From NCBI GenBank assembly GCA_964016885.1, contig OZ024742.1, forward strand, positions 198,338,001 to 198,402,000: a DNA stretch of 64,000 nt, read 5' to 3'. The first letter of the stretch is position 1, and the number at the start of each line of letters is the position of its first letter. Positions 1 through 15,000 of this stretch are shown here, one piece after another. A model generated the notes under the pieces. The model worked only from the letters and a program-made list of their open reading frames with translations, was not told the origin of the DNA and ran no database searches. The position numbers and the translations under genes are program-made. The DNA comes from Eledone cirrhosa (taxonomy: Eukaryota).

Positions 1-3000
1 AAAGGCTCTAGTCCTCTCACTGAGTAACATTCAACTTTCCTCAACACGACCTACACATCTCATTTCTCTTCACAACATTCAACTTTCCTCAACACGACCT
101 ACACATCTCATTTCTCTTCACAACATTCATCACTGGCTCTAGTCCTCTCACTGAGTAACATTCAACTTTCCTCAACACGACCTACACATCTCATTTCTCT
201 TCACAATATTCATTAATGGCTCTAGTCCTCTCACTGAGTAACATTCAACTTTCCTCAACACGACCTACACATTTCATTTCTCTTCACAACATTCATCACC
301 GGCTCTAGTCCTCTCACTGAGTAACATTCAACTTTCCTCAACACGACCTACACATCTCATTTCTCTTCACAATATTCATCACTGGCTCTAGTCCTCTCAC
401 TGAGTAACATTCAACTTTCCTCAACACGACCTACACATTTCATTTCTCTTCACAACATTCATCACCGGCTCTAGTCGTCTCACTGAGTAACATTCAACTT
501 TCCTCAACACGACCTACACATCTCATTTCTCTTCACAATATTCATTACTGGCTCTAGTCCTCTCACTGAGTAACATTCAACTTTCCTCAACACGACCTAC
601 ACATCTCATTTCTCTTCACAACATTCATTACTGGCTCTAGTCCTCACACTGAGTAACATTCAACTTTACACAACACGACCTACACATCTCATTTCTCTTC
701 ACATTCATTACTGGCTCTAGTCCTCTCACTGAGTAACATTCAACTTTCCTCAACACGACCTACACATTTCATTTCTCTTCACAACATTCATCACTGGCTC
801 TAGTCCTCTCACTGAGTAACATTCAACTTTCCTCAACACGACCTACACATCTTATTTCTCTTCACAACATTCATTACTGGCTCTAGTCCTCTCACTGAGT
901 AACATTGAACTTTCCTCAACACGACCTACACATCTCATGTCTCTTCACAACATTCATTACTGGCTCTAGTCCTCACACTGAGTAACATTCAACTTTCCTC
1001 AACACGACCTACACATCTTATTTCTCTTCACAACATTCATTACTGGCTCTAGTCCTCTCACTGAGTAACATTGAACTTTCCTCAACACGACCTACACATT
1101 TCATTTCTCTTCACAACATTCATCACTGGCTCTAGTCCTCACACTGAGTAACATTCAACTTTCCTCAACACGACCTACACATCTTATTTCTCTTCACAAC
1201 ATTCATTACTGGCTCTAGTCCTCTCACTGAGTAACATTGAACTTTCCTCAACACGACCTACACATCTCATGTCTCTTCACAACATTCATTACTGGCTCTA
1301 GTCCTCTCACTGAGTAACATTCAACTATCCTCAACACGGCCTACACATCATATTTCTCTTCACAACATTCATTACTGGCTCTAGTCCTCTCACTGAGTAA
1401 CATTCAACTATCCTCAACACGGCCTACACATCATATTTCTCTTCACAACATTCATTACTGGCTCTAGTCCTCTCACTGAGTAACATTCAACTATCCTCAA
1501 CACGGCCTACACATCATATTTCTCTTCACAACATTCATTACTGGCTCTAGTCCTCACACTGAGTAACATTCAACTTTCCTCAACACGACCTACACATCTT
1601 ATTTCTCTTCACAACATTCATTACTGGCTCTAGTCCTCTCACTGAGTAACATTGAACTTTCCTCAACACGACCTACACATTTCATTTCTCTTCACAACAT
1701 TCATCACTGGCTCTAGTCCTCACACTGAGTAACATTCAACTTTCCTCAACACAACCTACACATCTCATTTCTCTTCACAATATTCATTACTGGCTCAAGT
1801 CCTCACACTAAGTAACATTCAACTTTCCTCAACACGACCTACACATCTCATTTCTCTTCACAACATTCATCACTGGCTCTAGTCCTCTCACTGAGTAACA
1901 TTCAACTTTCCTCAACACGACCTACACATCTCATTTCTCTTCACAATATTAATAACTGGCTCTAGTCCTCTCACTGAGTAACATTCAACTTTCCTCAACA
2001 CGACCTACACATCTCATTTCTCTTCACAACATTCATCACTGGCTCTAGTCCTCTCACTGAGTAACATTCAACTTTCCTCAACACGACCTACACATCTCAT
2101 TTCTCTTCACAATATTAATAACTGGCTCTAGTCCTCTCACTGAGTAACATTCAACTTTCCTCAACACGACCTACACATCTCATTTCTCTTCACAACATTC
2201 ATCACTGGCTCTAGTCCTCTCACTGAGTAACATTCAACTTTCCTCAACACGACCTACACATCTCATTTCTCTTCACAACATTCATCACTGGCTCTAGTCC
2301 TCTCACTGAGTAACATTCAACTTTCCTCAACACGACCTACACATCTCATTTCTCTTCACAATATTAATAACTGGCTCTAGTCCTCTCACTGAGTAACATT
2401 CAACTTTCCTCAACACGACCTACACATCTCATTTCTCTTCACAACATTCATCACTGGCTCTAGTCCTCTCACTGAGTAACATTCAACTTTCCTCAACACG
2501 ACATACACATCTCATTTCTCTTCACAATATTCATCACTGGCTCTAGTCCTCTCACTGAGTAACATTCAACTTTCCTCAACACGACCTACACATCTCATTA
2601 CTCTTCACAACATTCATTAATGGCTCTAGTCCTCTCACTGAGTAACATTCAACATTCCTCAACACGACCTACACATCTCATGTCTCTTCACAACATTCAT
2701 CACTGGCTCTAGTCCTCTCACTGAGTAACATTCAACTTTCCTCAACACGACCTACACATCTCATTTCTCTTCACAACATTCATCACTCGCTCTAGTCCTC
2801 TCACTGAGTAACATTCAACTTTCCTCAACACGACCTACACATCTCATTTCTCTTCACAACATTCATCACTGGCTCTAGTCCTCTCACTGAGTAACATTCA
2901 ACTTTCCTCAACACGACCTACACATCTCATTTCTCTTCACAATATTCATTACTGGCTCTAGTCCTCACACTAAGTAACATTCAACTTTCCTCAACACGAC

Positions 3001-6000
3001 CTACACATCTCATTTCTCTTCACAACACTCATTACTGGCTCTAGTCCTCTCATTGAGTAACATTCAACTTTCCTCAACACGACCTACACATCTCATTTCT
3101 CTTCACAATATTCATCACTGGCTCTAGTCCTCTCACTGAGTAACATTCAACTTTCCTCAACACGACCTACACATCTCATTTCTCTTCACAACATTCATTA
3201 ATGGCTCTAGTCCTCACACTGAGTAACATTCAACTTTCCTCAACACGACCTACACATCTCATTTCTCTTCACAATATTAATAACTGGCTCTAGTCCTCTC
3301 ACTGAGTAACATTCAACTTTCCTCAACACGACCTACACATCTCATTTCTCTTCACAATATTAATAACTGGCTCTAGTCCTCTCACTGAGTAACATTCAAC
3401 TTTCCTCAACACGACCTACACATTTCATTTCTCTTCACAACATTCATCACCGGCTCTAGTCGTCTCAGTGAGTAACATTCAACTTTCCTCAACACGACCT
3501 ACACATCTCATTTCTCTTCACAATATTCATTAAAGGCTCTAGTCCTCTCACTGAGTAACATTCAACTTTCCTCAACACGACCAACACATCTCATTTCTCT
3601 TCACAACATTCATCACTGGCTCTAGTCCTCTCACTGAGTAACATTCAACTTTCATCAACACGACCTACACATTTCATTTCTCTTCACAACATTCATCACT
3701 GGCTCTAGTCCTCTCACTGAGTAACATTCAACTTTCCTCAACACGACCTACACATCTCATTTCTCTTCACAATATTCATCACTGGCTCTAGTCCTCTCAC
3801 TGAGTAACATTCAACTTTCCTCAACACGACCTACACATTTCATTTCTCTTCACAACATTCATCACCGGCTCTAGTCGTCTCACTGAGTAACATTCAACTT
3901 TCCTCAACACGACCTACACATCTCATTTCTCTTCACAATATTCATTACTGGCTCTAGTCCTCTCACTGAGTAACATTCAACTTTCCTCAACACGACCTAC
4001 ACATCTCATTTCTCTTCACAACATTCATTAATGGCTCTAGTCCTCACACTGAGTAACATTCAACTTTCCTGAACACGACCTACACATTTCATTTCTCTTC
4101 ACAACATTCATCACCGGCTCTAGTCGTCTCACTGAGTAACATTCAGCTTTCCTCAACACGACCTACACATTTCATTACTCTTCACAACATTCATTACTGG
4201 CTCTAGTCCTCTCACTGAGTAACATTCAACTTTTCTCAACACGACCTACACATTTCATTTCTCTGCACAATATTCATTACTGGCTCTAGTCCTCTCACTG
4301 AGTAACATTGAATTTTCCTCAACACGACCTACATATCTCATTTCTCTTCACAACATTCATTACTGGCTCTAGTCCTCTCACTGAGTAACATTCAACTTTC
4401 CTCAACACGACCTACACATCTCATTTCTCTTCACAACATTCATTACTGGCTCTAGTCCTCACACTGAGTAACATTCAACTTTCCTCAACACGACCTACAC
4501 ATCTCATTTCTCTTCACAATATTAATAACTGGCTCTAGTCCTCTCACTGAGTAACATTCAACTTTCCTCAACACGACCTACACATCTCATTTCTCTTCAC
4601 AATATTCATCACTGGCTCTAGTCCTCTCACTGAGTAACATTCAACTTTCCTCAACACGACCTACACATCTCATGTCTCTTCACAACATTCATCACTGGCT
4701 CTAGTCCTCTCACTGAGTAACATTCAACTTTCCTCAACACGACCTACACATTTCATTTCTCTTCACAACATTCATCACCGGCTCTAGTCCTCTCACTGAG
4801 TAACATTCAACTTTCCTCAACACGACCTACACATCTCATTTCTCTTCACAACATTCATCACTGGCTCTAGTCGTCTCACTGAGTAACATTCAACTTTCCT
4901 CAACACGACCTACACATCTCATTTCTCTTCACAATATTCATTACTGGCTCTAGTCCTCTCACTGAGTAACATTCAACTTTCCTCAACACGACCTACACAT
5001 CTCATTTCTCTTCACAACATTCATTAATGGCTCTAGTCCTCACACTGAGTAACATTCAACTTTCCTGAACACGACCTACACATTTCATTTCTCTTCACAA
5101 CATTCATCACCGGCTCTAGTCGTCTCACTGAGTAACATTCAACTTTCCTCAACACGACCTACACATTTCATTTCTCTGCACAATATTCATTACTGGCTCT
5201 AGTCCTCTCACTGAGTAACATTGAATTTTCCTCAACACGACCTACATATCTCATTTCTCTTCACAACATTCATTACTGGCTCTAGTCCTCTCACTGAGTA
5301 ACATTCAACATTCCTCAACACGACCTACACATCTCATTTCTCTTCACAACATTCATTACTGGCTCTAGTCCTCTCACTGAGTAACATTCAACTTTCCTCA
5401 ACACGACCTACACATCTCATTTCTCTTCACAACATTCATTACTGGCTCTAGTCCTCACACTGAGTAACATTCAACTTTACACAACACGACCTACACATCT
5501 CATTTCTCTTCACATTCATTACTGGCTCTAGTCCTCTCACTGAGTAACATTCAACTTTCCTCAACACGACCTACACATTTCATTTCTCTTCACAACATTC
5601 ATCACTGGCTCTAGTCCTCTCACTGAGTAACATTCAACTTTCCTCAACACGACCTACACATCTTATTTCTCTTCACAACATTCATTACTGGCTCTAGTCC
5701 TCTCACTGAGTAACATTGAACTTTCCTCAACACGACCTACATATCTCATCACAACATTCATTACTGGCTCTAGTCCTCTCACTGAGTAACATTCAACTTT
5801 CCTCAACACGACCTACACATCTCATTTCTCTTCACAATATTCATTACTGGCTCAAGTCCTCACACTAAGTAACATTCAACTTTCCTCAACACGACCTACA
5901 CATCTCATTTCTCTTCACAACATTCATCACTGGCTCTAGTCCTCTCACTGAGTAACATTCAACTTTCCTCAACACGACCTACACATCTCATTTCTCTTCA

Positions 6001-9000
6001 CAATATTCATCACTGGCTCTAGTCCTCTCACTGAGTAACATTCAACTTTCCTCAACACGACCTACACATCTCATTTCTCTTCACAATATTCATTAATGGC
6101 TCTAGTCCTCTCACTGAGTAACATTCAACATTCCTCAACACGACCTACACATCTCATTTCTCTTCACAACATTCATTACTGGCTCTAGTCCTCTCACTGA
6201 GTAACATTCAACTTTCCTCAACACGATCTACACATCTCATTTCTCTTCACAACATTCATTACTGGCTCTAGTCCTCTCACTGAGTAACATTCAACTTTCC
6301 TCAACACGACCTACACATCTCATTTCTCTTCACAATATTCATTAATGGCTCTAGTCCTCTCACTGAGTAACATTCAACTTTCCTCAACACGACCTACACA
6401 TCTCATTTCTCTTCACAACATTCATTAATGGCTCTAGTCCTCACACTGAGTAACATTCAACTTTCCTCAACACGACCTACACATCTCATTTCTCTTCACA
6501 ATATTAATAACTGGCTCTAGTCCTCTCACTGAGTAACATTCAACTTTCCTCAACACGACCTACACATTTCATTTCTCTTCACAACATTCATCACCGGCTC
6601 TAGTCGTCTCAGTGAGTAACATTCAACTTTCCTCAACACGACCTACACATCTCATTTCTCTTCACAATATTCATTAAAGGCTCTAGTCCTCTCACTGAGT
6701 AACATTCAACTTTCCTCAACACGACCAACACATCTCATTTCTCTTCACAACATTCATCACTGGCTCTAGTCCTCTCACTGAGTAACATTCAACTTTCATC
6801 AACACGACCTACACATTTCATTTCTCTTCACAACATTCATCACTGGCTCTAGTCCTCTCACTGAGTAACATTCAACTTTCCTCAACACGACCTACACATC
6901 TCATTTCTCTTCACAATATTCATTAATGGCTCTAGTCCTCTCACTGAGTAACATTCAACTTTCCTCAACACGACCTACACATTTCATTTCTCTTCACAAC
7001 ATTCATCACCGGCTCTAGTCCTCTCACTGAGTAACATTCAACTTTCCTCAACACGACCTACACATCTCATTTCTCTTCACAATATTCATCACTGGCTCTA
7101 GTCCTCTCACTGAGTAACATTCAACTTTCCTCAACACGACCTACACATTTCATTTCTCTTCACAACATTCATCACCGGCTCTAGTCGTCTCACTGAGTAA
7201 CATTCAACTCTCCTCAACACGACCTACACATCTCATTTCTCTTCACAATATTCATTACTGGCTCTAGTCCTCTCACTGAGTAACATTCAACTTTCCTCAA
7301 CACGACCTACACATCTCATTTCTCTTCACAATATTCATTACTGGCTCTAGTCCTCTCACTGAGTAACATTCAACTTTCCTCAACACGACCTACACATCTC
7401 ATTTCTCTTCACAACATTCATTAATGGCTCTAGTCCTCACACTGAGTAACATTCAACTTTCCTGAACACGACCTACACATTTCATTTCTCTTCACAACAT
7501 TCATCACCGGCTCTAGTCGTCTCACTGAGTAACATTCAGCTTTCCTCAACACGACCTACACATTTCATTTCTCTGCACAATATTCATTACTGGCTCTAGT
7601 CCTCTCACTGAGTAACATTGAATTTTCCTCAACACGACCTACATATCTCATTTCTCTTCACAACATTCATTACTGGCTCTAGTCCTCTCACTGAGTAACA
7701 TTCAACTTTCCTCAACACGACCTACACATCTCATTTCTCTTCACAACATTCATTACTGGCTCTAGTCCTCACACTGAGTAACATTCAACTTTACACAACA
7801 CGACCTACACATCTCATTTCTCTTCACATTCATTACTGGCTCTAGTCCTCTCACTGAGTAACATTCAACATTCCTCAACACGACCTACACATCTCATGTC
7901 TCTTCACAATATTCATCACTGGCTCTAGTCCTCTCACTGAGTAACATTCAACTTTCCTCAACACGACCTACACATCTCATTTCTCTTCACAACACTCATT
8001 ACTGGCTCTAGTCCTCTCATTGAGTAACATTCAACTTTCCTCAACACGACCTACACATCTCATTTCTCTTCACAATATTCATCACTGGCTCTAGTCCTCT
8101 CACTGAGTAACATTCAACTTTCCTCAACACGACCTACACATCTCATTTCTCTTCACAATATTCATTAATGGCTCTAGTCCTCTCACTGAGAAACATTCAA
8201 CTTTCCTCAACACGACCTACACATCTCATTTCTCTTCACAACACTCATTACTGGCTCTAGTCCTCTCATTGAGTAACATTCAACTTTCCTCAACACGACC
8301 TACACATCTCATTTCTCTTCACAACATTCATCACAGGCTCTAGTCCTCTCACTGAGTAACATTCAACTTTCCTCAACACGACCTACACATCTCATTTCTC
8401 TTCACAACATTCATTAATGGCTCTAGTCCTCACACTGAGTAACATTCAACTTTCCTCAACACGACCTACACATCTCATTTCTCTTCACAATATTAATAAC
8501 TGGCTCTAGTCCTCTCACTGAGTAACATTCAACTTTCCTCAACACGACCTACACATTTCATTTCTCTTCACAACATTCATCACCGGCTCTAGTCGTCTCA
8601 GTGAGTAACATTCAACTTTCCTCAACACGACCTACACATCTCATTTCTCTTCACAATATTCATTAAAGGCTCTAGTCCTCTCACTGAGTAACATTCAACT
8701 TTCCTCAACACGACCAACACATCTCATTTCTCTTCACAACATTCATCACTGGCTCTAGTCCTCTCACTGAGTAACATTCAACTTTCATCAACACGACCTA
8801 CACATTTCATTTCTCTTCACAACATTCATCACTGGCTCTAGTCCTCTCACTGAGTAACATTCAACTTTCCTCAACACGACCTACACATCTCATTTCTCTT
8901 CACAATATTCATTAATGGCTCTAGTCCTCTCACTGAGTAACATTCAACTTTCCTCAACACGACCTACACATTTCATTTCTCTTCACAACATTCATCACCG

Positions 9001-12000
9001 GCTCTAGTCCTCTCACTGAGTAACATTCAACTTTCCTCAACACGACCTACACATCTTATTTCTCTTCACAATATTCATCACTGGCTCTAGTCCTCTCACT
9101 GAGTAACATTCAACTTTCCTCAACACAACCTACACATTTCATTTCTCTTCACACCATTCAACTTTCATCAACACGACCTACACATTTCATTTCTCTTCAC
9201 AACATTCATCACTGGCTCTAGTCCTCTCACTGAGTAACATTCAACTTTCCTCAACACGACCTACACATCTCATTTCTCTTCACAATATTCATTAATGGCT
9301 CTAGTCCTCTCACTGAGAAACATTCAACTTTCCTCAACACGACCTACACATTTCATTTCTCTTCACAACATTCATCACCGGCTCTAGTCCTCTCACTGAG
9401 TAACATTCAACTTTCCTCAACACGACCTACACATCTCATTTCTCTTCACAATATTCATCACTGGCTCTAGTCCTCTCACTGAGTAACATTCAACTTTCCT
9501 CAACACGACCTACACATTTCATTTCTCTTCACAACATTCATCACCGGCTCTAGTCGTCTCACTGAGTAACATTCAACTTTCCTCAACACGACCTACACAT
9601 CTCATTTCTCTTCACAATATTCATCACTGGCTCTAGTCCTCTCACTGAGTAACATTCAACTTTCCTCAACACGACCTACACATTTCATTTCTCTTCACAA
9701 CATTCATCACCGGCTCTAGTCGTCTCACTGAGTAACATTCAACTTTCCTCAACACGACCTACACATTTCATTTCTCTTCACAACATTCATCACCGGCTCT
9801 AGTCCTCTCACTGAGTAACATTCAACTTTCCTCAACACGACCTACACATCTCATTTCTCTTCACAACATTCATTAATGGCTCTAGTCCTCACACTGAGTA
9901 ACATTCAACTTTCCTGAACACGACCTACACATCTCATTTCTCTTCACAATATTAATAACTGGCTCTAGTCCTCTCACTGAGTAACATTCAACTTTCCTCA
10001 ACACGACCTACACATCTCATTTCTCTTCACAATATTCATCACTGGCTCTAGTCCTCTCACTGAGTAACATTCAACTTTCCTCAACACGACCTACACATTT
10101 CATTTCTCTTCACAACATTCATCACCGGCTCTAGTCGTCTCACTGAGTAACATTCAACTTTCCTCAACACGACATACACATCTCATTTCTCTTCACAATA
10201 TTCATTACTGGCTCTAGTCCTCTCACTGAGTAACATTCAACTTTCCTCAACACGACCTACACATCTCATTACTCTTCACAACATTCATTACTGGCTCTAG
10301 TCCTCACACTGAGTAACATTCAACATTCCTCAACACGACCTACACATCTCATGTCTCTTCACAATATTCATTACTGGCTCAAGTCCTCACACTAAGTAAC
10401 ATTCAACTTTCCTCAACACGACCTACACATCTCATTTCTCTTCACAATATTCATCACTGGCTCTAGTCCTCTCACTGAGTAACATTCAACTTTCCTCAAC
10501 ACGACCTACACATTTCATTTCTCTTCACACCATTCAACTTTCCTCAACACGACCTACACATTTCATTTCTCTTCACAACATTCATCACCGGCTCTAGTCG
10601 TCTCAGTGAGTAACATTCAACTTTCCTCAACACGACCTACACATCTCATTTCTCTTCACAATATTCATTAAAGGCTCTAGTCCTCTCACTGAGTAACATT
10701 CAACTTTCCTCAACACGACCTACACATCTCATTTCTCTTCACAACATTCAACTTTCCTCAACACGACCTACACATCTCATTTCTCTTCACAACATTCATC
10801 ACTGGCTCTAGTCCTCTCACTGAGTAACATTCAACTTTCCTCAACACGACCTACACATCTCATTTCTCTTCACAATATTCATTAATGGCTCTAGTCCTCT
10901 CACTGAGTAACATTCAACTTTCCTCAACACGACCTACACATTTCATTTCTCTTCACAACATTCATCACCGGCTCTAGTCCTCTCACTGAGTAACATTCAA
11001 CTTTCCTCAACACGACCTACACATCTCATTTCTCTTCACAATATTCATCACTGGCTCTAGTCCTCTCACTGAGTAACATTCAACTTTCCTCAACACGACC
11101 TACACATTTCATTTCTCTTCACAACATTCATCACCGGCTCTAGTCGTCTCACTGAGTAACATTCAACTTTCCTCAACACGACCTACACATCTCATTTCTC
11201 TTCACAATATTCATTACTGGCTCTAGTCCTCTCACTGAGTAACATTCAACTTTCCTCAACACGACCTACACATCTCATTTCTCTTCACAACATTCATTAC
11301 TGGCTCTAGTCCTCACACTGAGTAACATTCAACTTTACACAACACGACCTACACATCTCATTTCTCTTCACATTCATTATTGGCTCTAGTCCTCTCACTG
11401 AGTAACATTCAACTTTCCTCAACACGACCTACACATTTCATTTCTCTTCACAACATTCATCACTGGCTCTAGTCCTCTCACTGAGTAACATTCAACTTTC
11501 CTCAACACGACCTACACATCTTATTTCTCTTCACAACATTCATTACTGGCTCTAGTCCTCTCACTGAGTAACATTGAACTTTCCTCAACACGACCTACAC
11601 ATCTCATGTCTCTTCACAACATTCATTACTGGCTCTAGTCCTCACACTGAGTAACATTCAACTTTCCTCAACACGACCTACACATCTTATTTCTCTTCAC
11701 AACATTCATTACTGGCTCTAGTCCTCTCACTGAGTAACATTGAACTTTCCTCAACACGACCTACACATTTCATTTCTCTTCACAACATTCATCACTGGCT
11801 CTAGTCCTCACACTGAGTAACATTCAACTTTCCTCAACACGACCTACACATCTTATTTCTCTTCACAACATTCATTACTGGCTCTAGTCCTCTCACTGAG
11901 TAACATTGAACTTTCCTCAACACGACCTACACATCTCATGTCTCTTCACAACATTCATTACTGGCTCTAGTCCTCTCACTGAGTAACATTCAACTATCCT

Positions 12001-15000
12001 CAACACGGCCTACACATCTCATGTCTCTTCACAACATTCATCACTGGCTCTAGTCCTCACACTGAGTAACATTCAACTTTCCTCAACACAACCTACACAT
12101 CTCATTTCTCTTCACAATATTCATTACTGGCTCAAGTCCTCACACTAAGTAACATTCAACTTTCCTCAACACGACCTACACATCTCATTTCTCTTCACAA
12201 CATTCATCACTGGCTCTAGTCCTCTCACTGAGTAACATTCAACTTTCCTCAACACGACCTACACATCTCATTTCTCTTCACAATATTAATAACTGGCTCT
12301 AGTCCTCTCACTGAGTAACATTCAACTTTCCTCAACACGACCTACACATCTCATTTCTCTTCACAACATTCATCACTGGCTCTAGTCCTCTCACTGAGTA
12401 ACATTCAACTTTCCTCAACACGACCTACACATCTCATTTCTCTTCACAATATTAATAACTGGCTCTAGTCCTCTCACTGAGTAACATTCAACTTTCCTCA
12501 ACACGACCTACACATCTCATTTCTCTTCACAACATTCATCACTGGCTCTAGTCCTCTCACTGAGTAACATTCAACTTTCCTCAACACGACCTACACATCT
12601 CATTTCTCTTCACAACATTCATCACTGGCTCTAGTCCTCTCACTGAGTAACATTCAACTTTCCTCAACACGACCTACACATCTCATTTCTCTTCACAATA
12701 TTAATAACTGGCTCTAGTCCTCTCACTGAGTAACATTCAACTTTCCTCAACACGACCTACACATCTCATTTCTCTTCACAACATTCATCACTGGCTCTAG
12801 TCCTCTCACTGAGTAACATTCAACTTTCCTCAACACGACATACACATCTCATTTCTCTTCACAATATTCATCACTGGCTCTAGTCCTCTCACTGAGTAAC
12901 ATTCAACTTTCCTCAACACGACCTACACATCTCATTACTCTTCACAACATTCATTAATGGCTCTAGTCCTCTCACTGAGTAACATTCAACATTCCTCAAC
13001 ACGACCTACACATCTCATGTCTCTTCACAACATTCATCACTGGCTCTAGTCCTCTCACTGAGTAACATTCAACTTTCCTCAACACGACCTACACATCTCA
13101 TTTCTCTTCACAACATTCATCACTCGCTCTAGTCCTCTCACTGAGTAACATTCAACTTTCCTCAACACGACCTACACATCTCATTTCTCTTCACAACATT
13201 CATCACTGGCTCTAGTCCTCTCACTGAGTAACATTCAACTTTCCTCAACACGACCTACACATCTCATTTCTCTTCACAATATTCATTACTGGCTCTAGTC
13301 CTCACACTAAGTAACATTCAACTTTCCTCAACACGACCTACACATCTCATTTCTCTTCACAACACTCATTACTGGCTCTAGTCCTCTCATTGAGTAACAT
13401 TCAACTTTCCTCAACACGACCTACACATCTCATTTCTCTTCACAATATTCATCACTGGCTCTAGTCCTCTCACTGAGTAACATTCAACTTTCCTCAACAC
13501 GACCTACACATCTCATTTCTCTTCACAACATTCATTAATGGCTCTAGTCCTCACACTGAGTAACATTCAACTTTCCTCAACACGACCTACACATCTCATT
13601 TCTCTTCACAATATTAATAACTGGCTCTAGTCCTCTCACTGAGTAACATTCAACTTTCCTCAACACGACCTACACATCTCATTTCTCTTCACAATATTAA
13701 TAACTGGCTCTAGTCCTCTCACTGAGTAACATTCAACTTTCCTCAACACGACCTACACATTTCATTTCTCTTCACAACATTCATCACCGGCTCTAGTCGT
13801 CTCAGTGAGTAACATTCAACTTTCCTCAACACGACCTACACATCTCATTTCTCTTCACAATATTCATTAAAGGCTCTAGTCCTCTCACTGAGTAACATTC
13901 AACTTTCCTCAACACGACCAACACATCTCATTTCTCTTCACAACATTCATCACTGGCTCTAGTCCTCTCACTGAGTAACATTCAACTTTCATCAACACGA
14001 CCTACACATTTCATTTCTCTTCACAACATTCATCACTGGCTCTAGTCCTCTCACTGAGTAACATTCAACTTTCCTCAACACGACCTACACATCTCATTTC
14101 TCTTCACAATATTCATCACTGGCTCTAGTCCTCTCACTGAGTAACATTCAACTTTCCTCAACACGACCTACACATTTCATTTCTCTTCACAACATTCATC
14201 ACCGGCTCTAGTCGTCTCACTGAGTAACATTCAACTTTCCTCAACACGACCTACACATCTCATTTCTCTTCACAATATTCATTACTGGCTCTAGTCCTCT
14301 CACTGAGTAACATTCAACTTTCCTCAACACGACCTACACATCTCATTTCTCTTCACAACATTCATTAATGGCTCTAGTCCTCACACTGAGTAACATTCAA
14401 CTTTCCTGAACACGACCTACACATTTCATTTCTCTTCACAACATTCATCACCGGCTCTAGTCGTCTCACTGAGTAACATTCAGCTTTCCTCAACACGACC
14501 TACACATTTCATTACTCTTCACAACATTCATTACTGGCTCTAGTCCTCTCACTGAGTAACATTCAACTTTTCTCAACACGACCTACACATTTCATTTCTC
14601 TGCACAATATTCATTACTGGCTCTAGTCCTCTCACTGAGTAACATTGAATTTTCCTCAACACGACCTACATATCTCATTTCTCTTCACAACATTCATTAC
14701 TGGCTCTAGTCCTCTCACTGAGTAACATTCAACTTTCCTCAACACGACCTACACATCTCATTTCTCTTCACAACATTCATTACTGGCTCTAGTCCTCACA
14801 CTGAGTAACATTCAACTTTCCTCAACACGACCTACACATCTCATTTCTCTTCACAATATTAATAACTGGCTCTAGTCCTCTCACTGAGTAACATTCAACT
14901 TTCCTCAACACGACCTACACATTTCATTTCTCTTCACAACATTCATCACCGGCTCTAGTCGTCTCAGTGAGTAACATTCAACTTTCCTCAACACGACCTA

